In this document: positions 14,727-27,289 of the stretch, in pieces | Numbering within the stretch: the stretch's first letter is position 1 | Layout: every line of letters begins with the position of its first letter | Assembly (NCBI RefSeq): GCF_030144855.1 | Contig: NC_082728.1 | Location: forward strand, 33,108,001 to 33,172,000 | DNA: 64,000 bases | DNA from: Hypanus sabinus | Taxonomy: Eukaryota | Direction: 5' to 3' | Notes under the pieces: model-generated | What the model was told of the DNA's origin: nothing | Seen by the model: the letters and a program-made list of their open reading frames with translations, nothing else | Databases searched by the model: none | Program-made: the position numbers and the translations under genes

Positions 14727-15196
14727 TGTTACGTCCGTGGCCCCCTCATTTGTGAGAATCGCCAGATCACTGTTGGGTTGAGTCAAAAGGGGGCCCAAGA
14801 CAGGAGGGGGAGACGTGTAGGATGTCATGTTTCTCCCCCCCATAGCGATGTAAAGCTACGGGACATGGCCATTGTCTCTTGCAGACAGATTTGTGGATTG
14901 AGATGCTCTGCTATGTGAATGCCCTCAGGCAAAGTGGGCTGGTTGAGGGAGAGATTTCATCACCCCCAACCTGATTGACATCTACGACCCTGCGAGTCAG
15001 AATAAAAGAGGGGCTGTAGGAACAACACCTCAGGCGCACCAGAAGAAACGTTAAGCGACCACGTAACAGCAGACGGTCATCGGAAACCAAGCTACGTGTA
15101 TTCAATTCCGTGGCTGGAATTGGTGGCTGAAACCACGGAAAACGGCTTTTTAGCTAACAACGGGGAAACCCGCTCCCCTGACACAACGGATTGATA
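14727..15196 (+). mobile_element. Solo LTR family A, 5' part (split by a 6.16-kb insert)
   Basis: Starts TGTTACG after AGTC; matches 5660-5780 up to CCCCTGACACAACGGATTGATA. Confidence 0.85.
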
Positions 15197-16477
15197 CAGG
15201 GGTGGGCAAACTTTTTGACTTGTGGGCCACAAAGGGTTCTAAAATTTGACAGGAGCAGATGGACGAGTGTTTTGGTAATACACCTCATAAGAGAAAATAA
15301 AATATCATGGGATATGTAGAAAACGTGCTTTAATTTCAATTGAAAATGAACAAATGCATTACAACAAAATATCTGTCTTTGAAGTCCCATGGTATTTAGC
15401 TATTTATTGAAATGACTTTTAAAACACTGAAAATTAAATGAATAAAATACAGCTTTTTTTAATAGTAACAGTTATTATTTTAAAGCACTGAAAATTCTGT
15501 TATCCTTCAAGATATTATCATCATCACTCTCCTCCTGCCTATCTTTATTTCAAAAATGGTAGGAGATGCAGGTCTACTTGTCCTGCTCCTTCTTATTCAA
15601 TTGTCCCCTGTGCCAAAACTCAACAACGACCAGCACAGGGACAGAACAGTGACAGCGCGCCAGTATGCGGAGCGCGTTATTTGATCTGGAGCGCATTTTT
15701 TATTTTGAGAACGTACGTGCACCTGCGCACTACTCATGTCCATCACTTAACAGAAATGACATGTTGACATGTAACATGTAAGGCTTATTGAAAAAAATAT
15801 TTTCAAATGCATTTTTTACATAACACAATGAAGAAACTTATTTTTAATTTCAGTGGGAACAGTGTTGTTGGTCTCCCTTTTTAGCCAGCGCATCAAAGTC
15901 TGGATTTAGTTTTGTTGTGGTGATTCTCAGGATGGATCTGAGGTTTTGGTCAGTTAACTTGGATCTGTGGCTGGCTTTGTTGATGTTCATGACGCTGAAC
16001 GCCTGTTCACACAAATAGGTCGAGCCGAACAAAGAGTAAAGCGCAAATGTGGAGTAATACGCTGCACCTCAACAAAGGTCAATGTGTAGCGGTACGCTAC
16101 ATGCAGCGCTAAAATTACGACACGGAGTCGGTAACTGCAGTCGAAGAAAAAGACTTTATTCGAAATCCCCAGCCTCACTTTTAAGCCTCCCTCAACCTGC
16201 CCCCCGTGACGCAGAGGCTCCAAAGCTCTGTGCTCGCAAATCCCCGCAGGCTATCTCCCTTAGCCTGAACGCTGGCTAATTGTGAGCCGGTTCGGATGTG
16301 CCAGGAAATGGGTCGCCACAAATGTATATAGAGTGCGTCATCTATTGGGAAAACGCTAGAATTGCGGGGAAAAACGTTAACAAGGTTTATTAATATAATT
16401 TCATCAAGTTCTGCGGGCCGGATTAAAAAGCTTAACGGGCCGCATATGGCCCCCGGCCCGTAGTTTGCCCATGCCTG
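15197..16477 (-). mobile_element. Non-autonomous hAT (SPIN/GTF2IRD2-like) with both TIRs
   Basis: TIRs CAGGGGTGGGCAAACT / AGTTTGCCCATGCCTG; transposase C-terminus FGSTYLCEQAFSVMNINKASHRSKLTD; flanking 8-mers differ (GATTGATA vs GGCTAGAT). Confidence 0.9.
16085..16320 (-). mobile_element. Solo LTR of the CsRN1-type Gypsy family
   Basis: TGTAGCGG...CGCCACA, near identical to 41237-41451 plus an extra segment of about 21 bp; 4-bp TSD AATG. Confidence 0.95.
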
Positions 16478-17102
16478 GGCTAGATGCAGGAAGATTGTCT
16501 CTGATGTTGGGGAAGTCCAAAACGAGGGGTCACAGTTTAAGGATAAAGGGGAAGCCCTTTTGGACCGAGATGAGGAAAAACTTCTTCACACAGAGAGTGG
16601 TGAATCTGTGGAATTCTCTGCCATAGGAAACAGTTGAGGCCGGTTCATTCACTATGTTTAAGACAAAGTTAGATATGGCCCTTGTGGCTAAAGGGATCAG
16701 GGGGTATGGAGAGAAAGCAGGTACAGGGTTCTGAGTTGGATGATCAGCCATGATCACACTGAATGGCGGTGTAGGCTCAAAGGGCTGAATGGCCAACTCC
16801 TGCACCTATTTTCTCTGTTTCTATGTTTCTATGTCTTAAAATGAGAGAAACACAAGTTCAGGAAACTACTTAAATGCATGGATAACAAATGCAAGGTATT
16901 GCTTAAAAATGAACTATTCAGATCAGCAAGGTGTAATGACTGAATGGGATTTGGTCCATTTGACATGAAAACTTTGAAACATAGAACACAGGGGACAAAA
17001 ATGCCATCCAGACATTTGGGCTTGTGTCACCACCTAACATGATCATGGATGATCATTCACTCTACTATTCCTGCATTCCCGTTTCTCTTCATTCTTCTAA
17101 AC

Positions 17103-17181
17103 CAGGGGTTCTCAACCTGGAGCCACAGACTCCTTGGTTAATGGTAAGTATCTCTGGCATTAAAAGAGTTGGGAAACCCTG
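17103..17181. mobile_element. Tiny hAT MITE (79 bp)
   Basis: TIRs CAGGGGTTCTCAAC / GTTGGGAAACCCTG; degenerate TSD TTCTAAAC/CTCTATAC; mirrored near 49741-49820. Confidence 0.7.
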
Positions 17182-17679
17182 CTCTATACATCTACCTGCC
17201 CTCTTGAATATATTTAATGGTTTGGCCTCTACTCCCTCCTGTGTGTATAACTCTCCTGATCTCGGTATTGTATACATCATATCTTGAGCCATGACCCCTT
17301 TTTCTGCACTCCTCAGCCTCTATTTAGTCCTGCTAGTTTTTTTGAGTGTGTGTCTTTTAGGAAGTCCAACGTCATTCTTCTGAATTAAAGCAAATCTCTC
17401 TGCATACAATAGTCATTCCATCTCAGGGATCTCTCTATTAAACACTGATTCACTCCACCCATGACAAACCGATTCTTTCTCACATAAGGAGACCAAAACT
17501 CCAGTTGGGCTTTCACCAAGATGACAACATTGCTTTTGCAATGAAAATCATCTAATTTGAATACTTGCTTGCTTCAACTATCAACGTACAAAGGCACCCA
17601 CTTGAAACACGTTTCTTTTTCCCAATTTATCATTGCTTAGATAATAATCTGCCTCACACACTAAATGCTGCTGGAACTC

Positions 17680-18632
17680 AGCAGGCCAGGCCGCATCTAT
17701 AGGAAGAAGTACAGTCGACATTTCAGGCTGAGACCTTTCGTCAGGACTAACTGAAAGAAGAGATAGTAAGAGATTTGAAAGTGGGAGGAGGAGGGGGAAA
17801 TCCAAAATGATAGGAGAAGACAGGAAGGGGAGGGATGAAGCTAAGAGCTGGAAAGTTGATTGGAAAAAGGGATACACCACTGGAGAAGGGAGAGGATCAT
17901 GGGACGGGAGGCCTAGGGAGAAAGAAAGGGGGAGGGGAGCACCAGAGGGAGATGGAGAGCAGGCAAGCAGTGATTTTGAGAGGGGCAGAGAGAAAAGGGG
18001 GTGGGGGCAGAGAGAGAGAGAGCGAGAGAGAGATATATATATAAATAAGGGATGGGGTAAGAAGGGGAGGAGGGCAATAATGGAAGTTAGAAAAATCAAT
18101 GTTCATGCCATCATGTTGGCAGTTACCCAGACAGAATATAAGGTGTTGTTCCTCCAACCTGATGATGGCTTCATCTTGACAGTAGAGGAGGCCATGGATA
18201 GACATATCAGAATGGAAATGGGATGTGGAATTAAAATGTGTGGCCACTGGGTGATCCTGCTTTCTCTGGTGGACAGAGCGTAGGTGTTCAGCAGAACGAT
18301 CTCCCGGTCTGCGTCGGGTCTCACCAATATATAGAAGGATTCACCGGGAGCACCGGATGCAGTATATCACACCTGCTGCCTCACGGGTGAAGTGGCTCCT
18401 CACCTGGAAGGACAGTCTGGGGCCCTGAATGGTGGTGAGGGAGGAAGTGTAAGGGCAGGGGGTAGCACTCATTATGCTTACAAGGATAAGTGCCGGGAGG
18501 GGGTTTGGTGGGAAAGGATAGGGGGGACAAATAGACAAGTGAGTCACGTAGGGAACTATCCCTGTGGAAAGCAGAAAGAGTGGGGCAAGGAAAGATGTGC
18601 TTGGTGGTGGGATCCCGTTGGAGGTGGATACT
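17680..18632 (-). mobile_element. Penelope-like element 3' part (GIY-YIG region and tail)
   Basis: GTYPCKH..CYPCP..VIYCIRCSR..IGETR..HFNSTSH..LEEQHLIF; mirrored at about 48320-49250. Confidence 0.8.
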
Positions 18633-19661
18633 GGAAATTATATGACTTCCCAATGCTTATACTCAACAGCCCAAATGCTGAAAGCATGTCTGCCAAATCC
18701 CTTCCTTACCACCTTAACAACGTGTGTTGCCACTTTCAATGAGCTATTGACTTCTTCCTCAATATCCCTAAGTACAATAATGCTCCTCACTTCCTGCTAT
18801 TTACTGATCAAATTCCTTGTGCATTTGACCTCCCAAAGTACAACACCTCAAATGTATTCAGATTACACTCCATCTGCAATTTCTCTGCCCGTATCTCCAA
18901 TTGGTGTATAACCTACTGATTCCTTCCGCACTGTTCACAACTCCCCCTGTTTTTGCATTGCTTAAAAATTTACTCATCAACCACTTATTTCCATCCAAAT
19001 CAGTTATATAAATCACAAATAACAGAGGTCCCAGCATTGACCCTTGTGGAACATCACTGGCCACAGACCTCCAGCCAGAGTAACTCCCCTGCATAATTAT
19101 ACTCTCTCTTTCATGGCCAAGCCAATTTTGCATCCAACCTATCAAGTCTCCATGGATCTGTTGGGCCTTAGTATTCTGGATTAACCTACCACAAGTAATC
19201 TTATCCACAGCTTTACTATAGCATTTACTGCCTTGCCATTATCAATTACCTCAAAAAGCACAGTAAGTTTGTGATACATGTCCTCCTCCAAAGGAAGGAA
19301 TGATGGAGAAGACTCGATGTGCCAATTGGCCTAATTCTGCTCCTGTGACTTGTGATCTTTGCTTTTCCCGATGTGACATGAACCTATCCATAACAATTCT
19401 CTCCAATAATTTTGTTTAAGGCTCACAGGCCTGTAATTTGCTGGTTTGTCTCAAAAATAGAGGAACAGTATTGACTAACCTCCATTTCCCCCGGGACCTG
19501 TCAATATAGAGGATACAAAGATCTCTGTCAATCAGCAATATCCTGTCTTGCCTCTCCTGGTAACTTGGGATAGATCATATCAAGCTCTGAGAATTTATTC
19601 AGCATAATATTCTTCAGCAGCCCCAATTCCTCCTGCTGTTTAGTATCAACATGATCTAGAA

Positions 19662-20436
19662 CAGGGGTGGCCAATCTTTTATATTCCATGCGTCAATTTT
19701 TTCACACACGAGTTCTGATGTGTCATACAATTTTTATATGAGCCTTATATGCTCTTCAGGTTGGTGCTTATGCAGGTTTCCATGGCATGAGGCGACTGAG
19801 AGTACAATGCCCACCCCCCAGATAGGACGCCAGTCTATCACGAGGTTAACCCCCAGCATTTTGCCGGTACTCATTTTCAGCTGGGTGGACTGGAGCAATG
19901 TGTGGTTAAGTGCCTTGCTCAAGGACACAACATATTGCCCCGGCTGGGGCTTGAATTCACGACCTTCAGGTCTCTAGTCCAATGCCTTAACCACTTGCCC
20001 ACACACCACACTATACAACTCTTATACCCCCATTCAATTCTTGTAAGAATATGTTAATATAGACATATTTAGCATTTTTACGGGATGTATTGATTTAGTA
20101 TAAAAAACAAGATAAACATTACTTAATGAGACTTTTAACACATATATTTTGTCTTCTTTTGATTTCTTCCTTTTTCTTAATCACATATTCTTTCCGTAAC
20201 TCAAACCCAAGCAGTAGCTTCAGTTTCCCTTCTATTTCAGTCTGATGTTGTGTTTTATTGTGTCTATTAAGATCATGTCTTCTCTTGTGTGAGAAAGTGT
20301 TTTCACAAACAATGAACAACGGTTTTCCTGATGGACATGCTATAAATATGAACTCATTTTCCCGCTGTTCATTGTGGCAATTCTAATCAACCAATGCACC
20401 ACTTTTGGCACTGGCACCATAGGTTGGCCATCCCTG
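19662..20436 (-). mobile_element. Non-autonomous hAT with perfect 8-bp TSD, carrying a zinc-finger remnant and a SINE
   Basis: TIRs CAGGGGTGGCCAATCT / AGGTTGGCCATCCCTG; TSD ATCTAGAA on both sides; CIVCENTFSHKRRHDLNRHNKTQH. Confidence 0.92.
19736..20010 (-). mobile_element. tRNA-derived SINE (duplicated copy)
   Basis: Reverse-complement copy of 46941-47213. Confidence 0.8.
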
Positions 20437-20815
20437 ATCTAGAATATTTGCGTACCACTCTCTGATCTCACTAACCACACTTGAGGAAAAACTTTTTTGC
20501 CCAGAGAGTTGTGGATCTATGGAATGCTCTGCCTCAGAAGGCAGTGGATGCTAATTCTCTGGATGCTTTCAAGAAAGAGTTAGATAGAGCTCTTAAAGAT
20601 AGCAGAGTGAAGGGATATGCGGAGAAGGCTGGAACGAGGTACTGATTGTGGATGATCAGCCATGATCACATTGAATGGTGGTGCTGGCTCAAAGGCCGAA
20701 TGGCCTACTCCTGCACCTATTGTCTATCCTTCATGTACTTCTCTTTAAATGCAAAGTATGTTTCGTGTTATTTTAATTCCATCCTTCAACTGATGAGTTA
20801 TTTTTTCTCCAACAG

Positions 20816-20850
20816 GTGACAAAGAAAATAGAATATGTGTATCAAGTTAA
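20816..20850 (+). pseudogene. Orphan duplicated terminal exon, (G)DKENRICVSS-stop
   Basis: Acceptor TTTTTTCTCCAACAG|GT GAC AAA.. then TAA; copy of 46096-46130; AATAAA at 21014-21019; no upstream plus-strand exons found. Confidence 0.5.
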
Positions 20851-21358
20851 TTCTCAAAAAAAAAGCCAGATTCTGTCATCAATCTACTCTTGTCAATCAA
20901 CATAATTATTCATGTAAATTAGCAAAATCACTATTGTCAATATATTTTCACCAGATTCCTGTGTTGATATCTTACAGTTTAATCAGCTAATCATGCTATT
21001 CTTTCTGCATCCAAATAAAAGAACTGGAATCTGAACTGAAAGTTATCAACAAAAAACTTTAAGAGAATTTTCCAAGATGCAGACAAGATGAAGCCTGACT
21101 TTCTGAAGATTACGATCAAGGCACAGAACAGCTGAAGTCAATAAGAAAAATAAATCCTTTCTGTTCGATTACTTAACTTTGTGGAAATGTAATATATCTT
21201 TAATAATTAACTTTTAAAATAAAAAACTCCAAATTTCAGACAGTATTCAGAATGATTTTATTGTAATGGCATGTTTTTCAGTCAGAAAATTAATGTGAAA
21301 GCTATTTCGTGATTCCAAAATCCATGTTCAGACCCATCCTACAATCCATATAAGCTTA

Positions 21359-21671
21359 TCATAAAAGACTTGGGCAAGTTTAAACCACATCACTTTTAAA
21401 TCCAACAACGCTGCAGCTTGAATGAACTGATAGTGACTTATCTTTCCATCGGATAATACAGTAACCCCTAGACAACGAGTGTTATTTCTAATCGGTTATT
21501 ATTATACCCGCGCTTAGATTTAATATTGATGATGTATATTATCTGTATGTTTGCATTAATCTTCTTTTTGTGCCCTTTATCAATAAATACTTTCAAAAAT
21601 AGTACCATCAGACTTCGACGGACCTCTCTACCTTTGCTGATAAGTGATCCAGTTACGGGAATTTCGTAACA
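21359..21671 (+). mobile_element. Solo LTR family A, 3' part
   Basis: Resumes at TCATAAAAGACTTGGGCAAG (compare 5791-5810), ends CGTAACA followed by TSD AGTC. Confidence 0.9.
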
Positions 21672-23437
21672 AGTCAATGTCGATTAGTATCTCAATTTAG
21701 ATGGCCGACAAATGGTATAAAATATTTAGGTATAAGAGTCGATAATGATATAAAGAATTTATATAAATTAAATTATTTGCCATTATTGAAAAAAATACAA
21801 GAAGATCTTGATAAATGGACGATGTTACCAATAACATTAGTAGATACAGTTAATGCTGTAAAAATGAATATATTTCCTAGATTACAAAATTTATTCCAAA
21901 CATTACCAATACAACTGCCCCAGAAGTTTTTTCAAGAGTTAAATAAATGTGTGAAGAAGTTTCTTTGGAAAGGTAAGATGTCAAGAATATCTTTGGAAAA
22001 ATTGACATGTAAATTTGACCCAGGAGAGTAACAACTCCCAAATGTTAAGAATTATTATAAAGCAAATCAACTTAGATTTATTGCATTTTTTTTATGAAGA
22101 AAAACCGGCATGGATTAGAATAGAGTTAGATAAGATAGGAGAAAATATACCAGAAGATTTTATATATAAATGGGAATCCAAATAGATACGGGAAAAGAAA
22201 GAATCTCTTATATTAAAACATTTGATCGATTTATGGAATAAGGTAAATGTGGATGATGAGATAAAGAAATCTTTATTAGCAAAGAGAACCCTAATTCAAA
22301 ATAGACTTATTCCTTTTACAATGGATAATCAACTTTTATATAACTGGTTTCAAAAAGGGATCAGATATATAGGTGACTGTTTTGAAGGAGGTATATTGAT
22401 GTCGTTTGATCAATTAAGGAATAAATATAAAATGTCAAATAACACTCTTTTCTGTTATTTTCAATTAAAAGCCTATTTAAGAAATAAACTGGGTCAAACA
22501 AAGTTAATGCCAAAACCTAATGAAATAGAAGCATTAATTCAAAAAGGAAAAATTAAAAATTTACATCTTGTATGTATAATTTGATTCAAAAATAGACAAT
22601 TGATTTGAATATTAAAATTGATGGAAAAAAATTGGTCAAGACGATGTCTTAATAGTATGACAAATACAATAAATGTCCAACTTAGATTAGTACAATACAA
22701 TTTTTTACATCAATTATATATTACACCACAAAAAATAAATAGATTAAACTCAAATTTATCTCACCAATGTTTCCGATGTAATCAAGAAATTGGTACTTTT
22801 TTACACACGGTCTTGTTTTAAAATTCAACCTTTTTGGATAAATCTAAGACTTTTACTGGAACAAATTATTGGAATACAACTTCCACATAGCCCAATATTA
22901 TTTTTATTAGGCGATATTGAAGGGATAATACCAAAACCAAAATTGAACAAATATCAAAAAAAATTATAAAAATTGCATTGGCAGTGGACAAAAAAGCTAT
23001 TGCAGTTGCTTGGAAATCAGATTTATACTTTACTATGGAACGTTAGAATAATGAAATATATAGCTGCATTCCACTTGAAAAAATTACTTATAATTTAAGA
23101 AATGAATATGATATATTTCTGAAAAATTGGCACCCCTATCTACAAAAGACAGGATTAAATATATAGGTCCTTTGAAGATAAAATTATTAGTTATTTGGGG
23201 AAAAAATAAAGATATACTAAAGTTATTTTGAACTCCATGGAGCATGTGGGGATCCTCCAATATCCAGGCAATCCTTCTTTCTTTTTATTTCTTTTTTCTT
23301 TTTTTTAAGACAGGGATGTTAAGGTGGGAAGTGTTAAGGAGAGGGGGGAGTGGTAATATTAATTTCCGTTACTCTATTATTCTATTCATTTTATGTAATT
23401 CTCTTAAATTTTATTGAAAAATATATTTAAAAAAATT
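21672..23437 (+). mobile_element. L1-type LINE, 3' part (late ORF2, Cys-rich region, 3' UTR, A-rich tail)
   Basis: Continues the L1 sequence across the AGTC TSD (..SQCRLVSQFRWP..IKYLGI); CFRCNQEIGTFLH; G-rich UTR and A-rich end. Confidence 0.92.
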
Positions 23438-24839
23438 TATATCCAGCAACCAGGAAGGCACAGTGATACATTTTCAATTCAAGATAGAATGTGATTTGGA
23501 AGGGAAATTGAAAGGACGGCAGGTTACCATGTCACTTGCCACCCTTATCCATCTAAGTCACGCTTATTGCACCCTTGGGAGCTGCCTTGAGGTAGCACAG
23601 AAACTTCTTTGTAATTCAGGGAAAATAACAGATTTTTAAAGACAATGGATCCGGAATGGAACTGAGATCCATTGTGTTATAAATCTGGTTTGTTTCCTGA
23701 ATTTCAGCAGTTTGATGCATTGAAAGTATTGGATAATTCCCTGTGAATACCACAGCCTCACTCCTATTTTTAAAGAAGTACCAGTTTTTGGAGTTTGAGG
23801 GAGCTTGGTATGTCACCCAAGACTCGCAATTCTTTTTACAGATACACTGAGGAGAGCATACTAACTTGTTGCTTCAGTGTCTGGTATGAAGTGGCCACTG
23901 CACAGGATCAGTAAAAGCAACAGAAGCTTGCAAGCTCAGCCAGCTCCATCATGGGTACTAGCCTCCCCAGCATCGAGGGCATCTTCAGAAGCCTTTACCT
24001 CGAAAAGAGCCCCATGACCCAAAGATGCCTTCTTGTTAAGGAGCAGGTACTCAAGCCCTAAAGGCACATACTAAATGTTTCAAGAACAGGTTCTTTCTCT
24101 CTGCCCTCACTATATTTTTAATTTGTTTGCTCTCTTTTAGCACTATAATGTAATAGTACATATTCCTTATTGTGATTTATAGTTTTTCTTTTATTATTAT
24201 TGTACATTGTAATGTACTGCTGCCACAAACCAACAATATTAAATCTGATTCTGACTTAAAGCAAAATTTACTTTGCCACCTTATTTTCATCAAACCATTC
24301 AATCATTGTTTGAATTTTAAATAATTACTTTGTAAGATTTGACCTCAAATACTATATAAACCATTCTAATGACAAATCTCTTTACATAGACACACATAGC
24401 CCTTACAGAAGCTCATATCCATTGGCCTAAGTGCACTGTTGTTAAATATAGCTCTAACTTTGAACCACATATCCAGTTACTTGTCCTAATCAGACTTTAT
24501 AACTGTATGAACACCTTTCTCTGTTTGCTTCTGTGGCATAAATGTGTGTTCCAGGTTTCATGAGGGTATTAGGATATCAGCCTGTCAATCAGAAACCTGG
24601 CCTTCAAAGGGAAGGCCATTGTGGTTCTTTGGCCTCCAGTTGGCAGAATTGTGCCTATGATGTTAGCATTGATTTGGTTTAGTAACTTTGAGAGAAGGGC
24701 AGGAGACTAGTGGGCCTATAGGCATATTCACACTTCCCTTCTTGGAAGTTTCATACCCCCTGGAGAGAGCAAATGGGGCTTCAGTTAGTCAACATAGCTG
24801 AAAGAAAGTACTACAATTGTGTGTGTCTGGTTCAGAACT

Positions 24840-25135
24840 GTAGAGTCATAGAATCATACAGCTCTAAAATGGACTTTGTCCACCATGACTGTGGTGCCCA
24901 TCAAAGCTAATCCTTTCTTGCCTACATTAGGCCCTTCTTTCTCAACGCCTTTACAATCCAAATACCCTTCTAAAGCCCTTTTAAACATTGTATATTCCTC
25001 TGCCACTTCCTCCAGCAGATCAGTCCGGATAATCGCCACACTCTGTGTGAAAGGTGACCCTTTCAAACTCATTTAAATTTCACCAAAAATGTGTCCTCGA
25101 ATGTGTTCTCAAATCTCCTGCCTTGAGAAAAGAAA
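24840..25135 (-). mobile_element. CR1 3' fragment
   Basis: FKRALEGYLD and a CR1-like tail. Confidence 0.65.
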
Positions 25136-25369
25136 GAGACTTGACATTTCATCCCTGTTAATTTTGTAAATCACCATCTAGTCTCATCATTGCTCTACAA
25201 CACTCTATTCCAAGCAACATCAAGGTGACGTTCTTCTGCACTCTTTACAGCACACATCCTTCCTGTGCTCAAATGTGAGAGGAATTCAAATCTTCTTTCT
25301 ACATAATTAATCTAAGTTGGTAATCTGAATGTGCTGTATATGCAGAGTCTGTGTGTTTAACCCCGCAAA

Positions 25370-26835
25370 TGGTCTAATGACTAGACCACTTTCCCAATGC
25401 TGGACCTGGAACTATGCCTACCTTTTCATCAGCTGCTTGCAACAGTCTGTACTCCAAGCCTACACTGGTATTGCTTCCCAACACTTTCTGCACCGCATTG
25501 ACAACTTGGAGCTGCTTCATCAATTTCATCAACTATATCCTCAACTTCACTCCGCTCTTAAATTTACTTGGTGCATTGCTGACAGCTCTCTCCCCTTTCT
25601 CAATCTCTCTGGAAGCACACTATCTGCTAATGTATTTTATAAACCTATCGAGTCTCACAGCTATCTTATGTATCCCTTTTTACAACCTGTCACTTGTAAA
25701 AATACTATTCCCTTTTCCAAATACCCTTAACCCTGCTCCCTCTTCTCAGGACAAGGCTTTCCATTCCAGAACATCTGAGATGTCCTCCTCTTTCAAAGAA
25801 TGGGGTTTCATTTCCTCTACAATTGATTTTGTTCTTATCCGTATCTCTTCTATTTCCTGGACATACACTCTTGCCTAGTCCTTACCTATAATCCCATGAG
25901 TCTCCGCATCCAGAACATCATTCCCTTTAACATCTGCCATCTTCACTAAGCATGTCTTTCTCTACCTGCCCCCATTCTGTTTTCGGTAGGGTGCAGATTC
26001 TGCTCTCTAGGTGACTCCATTGTCCACTCATCCTTCTCCAGGCACTTATCCCTGCAAGTGGCAGAAGTGCTACACCTGCCCCTTCACTTCCTCTGTCACC
26101 AACATTCAGGGCCCCAAACAGTCCATCCAGGTGAGACAACACCTCATCATCTGTCAAGATTCACCTGCTGTATCTGGTGTTCCTGGTGCCGCCTCTTCTA
26201 CATCTATGAGGCCTGATGTAGATTGGTGCTCTGTTTAATTGAATACCCTTGCTCCACCCACCACAACAGGTGGGATTTCCCATTGGCCATAGATCTAAAT
26301 TCTACTTCCTATTCACATTCCAACAGGTCAGTCCTTGGCCTCCTCTACTTTGACAACAAGGCCACTGTCAGGTTGGAAGAGCAGCTCCTCATATTCCATC
26401 TATGTTGCCTCCAACCTGATGACAAGAACACCATTTCTCTAACTTCTGGTAATTTCTTCCCCCTCCTCCTTCTCTCTTATTCTATTCCCATTCTGGCTCT
26501 CTCTTACCCCTTCTTTACTCCTCACTTGCTCAACACCCCTCTCTCGTGCCCCTGCTTCTTCCCTTTCTCCCTTAGATCTCTCCTATGAAATTCCTTCTTT
26601 TTCAGCCCTTTACTTTTTCTACTTATCAGCTGGCAGCTTCACACCTCATTCCCCCTCACCTGGCTTCACCTATCACCTGCTATCTTGTGCTCCTTCTCCT
26701 CCACCTCGTCTTATTCTGACATCTCCCCCTTTTCTTTCCAGTCCTGATGAAGGATGTCAGTCCACAATGTTGACTGTTTATTCCCCTCCATTGATGCTGC
26801 CTGACCTATGGAGATCCTCTGGTAATTTTTGTGTG
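25370..26835 (+). mobile_element. Penelope-like element, degenerate RT plus GIY-YIG
   Basis: NYAYLF..QAYTG..FLHRIDN..LKFTW..LPFL (RT); GTYPCKWQKCYTCP..QVRQH; VRLEEQLLIFHL; typical tail. Confidence 0.8.
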
Positions 26836-27289
26836 TTGCTCATAGACTGGTCTGTATCTTTGACTCCCAACAAATAGTTTGAAAAAGAAGCCGTATTCAC
26901 CACCAGGACAATGTTGTATGTTTCATGCTGTCTGTAATGGTGAACTTCTAACTTTGAACCATGAATTAGCAGCATTTGTGAATTTATTTCAGCACTTCCT
27001 TTTAATTTCAGCAAGGGGATATTTCCTCATATTGAGTGAAGTTCATCTAGTCCTGCACACAAGGTGGAGTGAGAGACCAGCGCAGCCAAATAAACCAGTT
27101 GTACAATGAACCCACGTCACAGCCAACCAACAACTTTTCCCCTGGCAGCGAGCAGATTTAGAGATGACGCTATTGGAAAGTCAGTATCCTAGAGGACCGA
27201 ACTGCAGTCCAATATGTGCACAATGCATGAATGGTGAGTAGCCAGAGAGTATTTTTTAATGTCATGATTTTCATCAGCTTGTTACTTAC

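Larger units (their letters stand above)
16478..21358. repeat. Left arm of a 4.9-kb inverted segmental duplication
   Basis: Reverse-complement collinear with 45592-50436 through CR1, PLE, hAT MITEs, SINE and unique DNA; roughly 92-96% identity in sampled stretches. Confidence 0.97.

Noticed and set aside
16478-21358. Inverted duplication as an assembly artefact or haplotype collapse
   Set aside because: The arms differ by several percent with indels (for example in the PLE), and the left arm sits inside a TSD-bounded LTR with coherent junctions.
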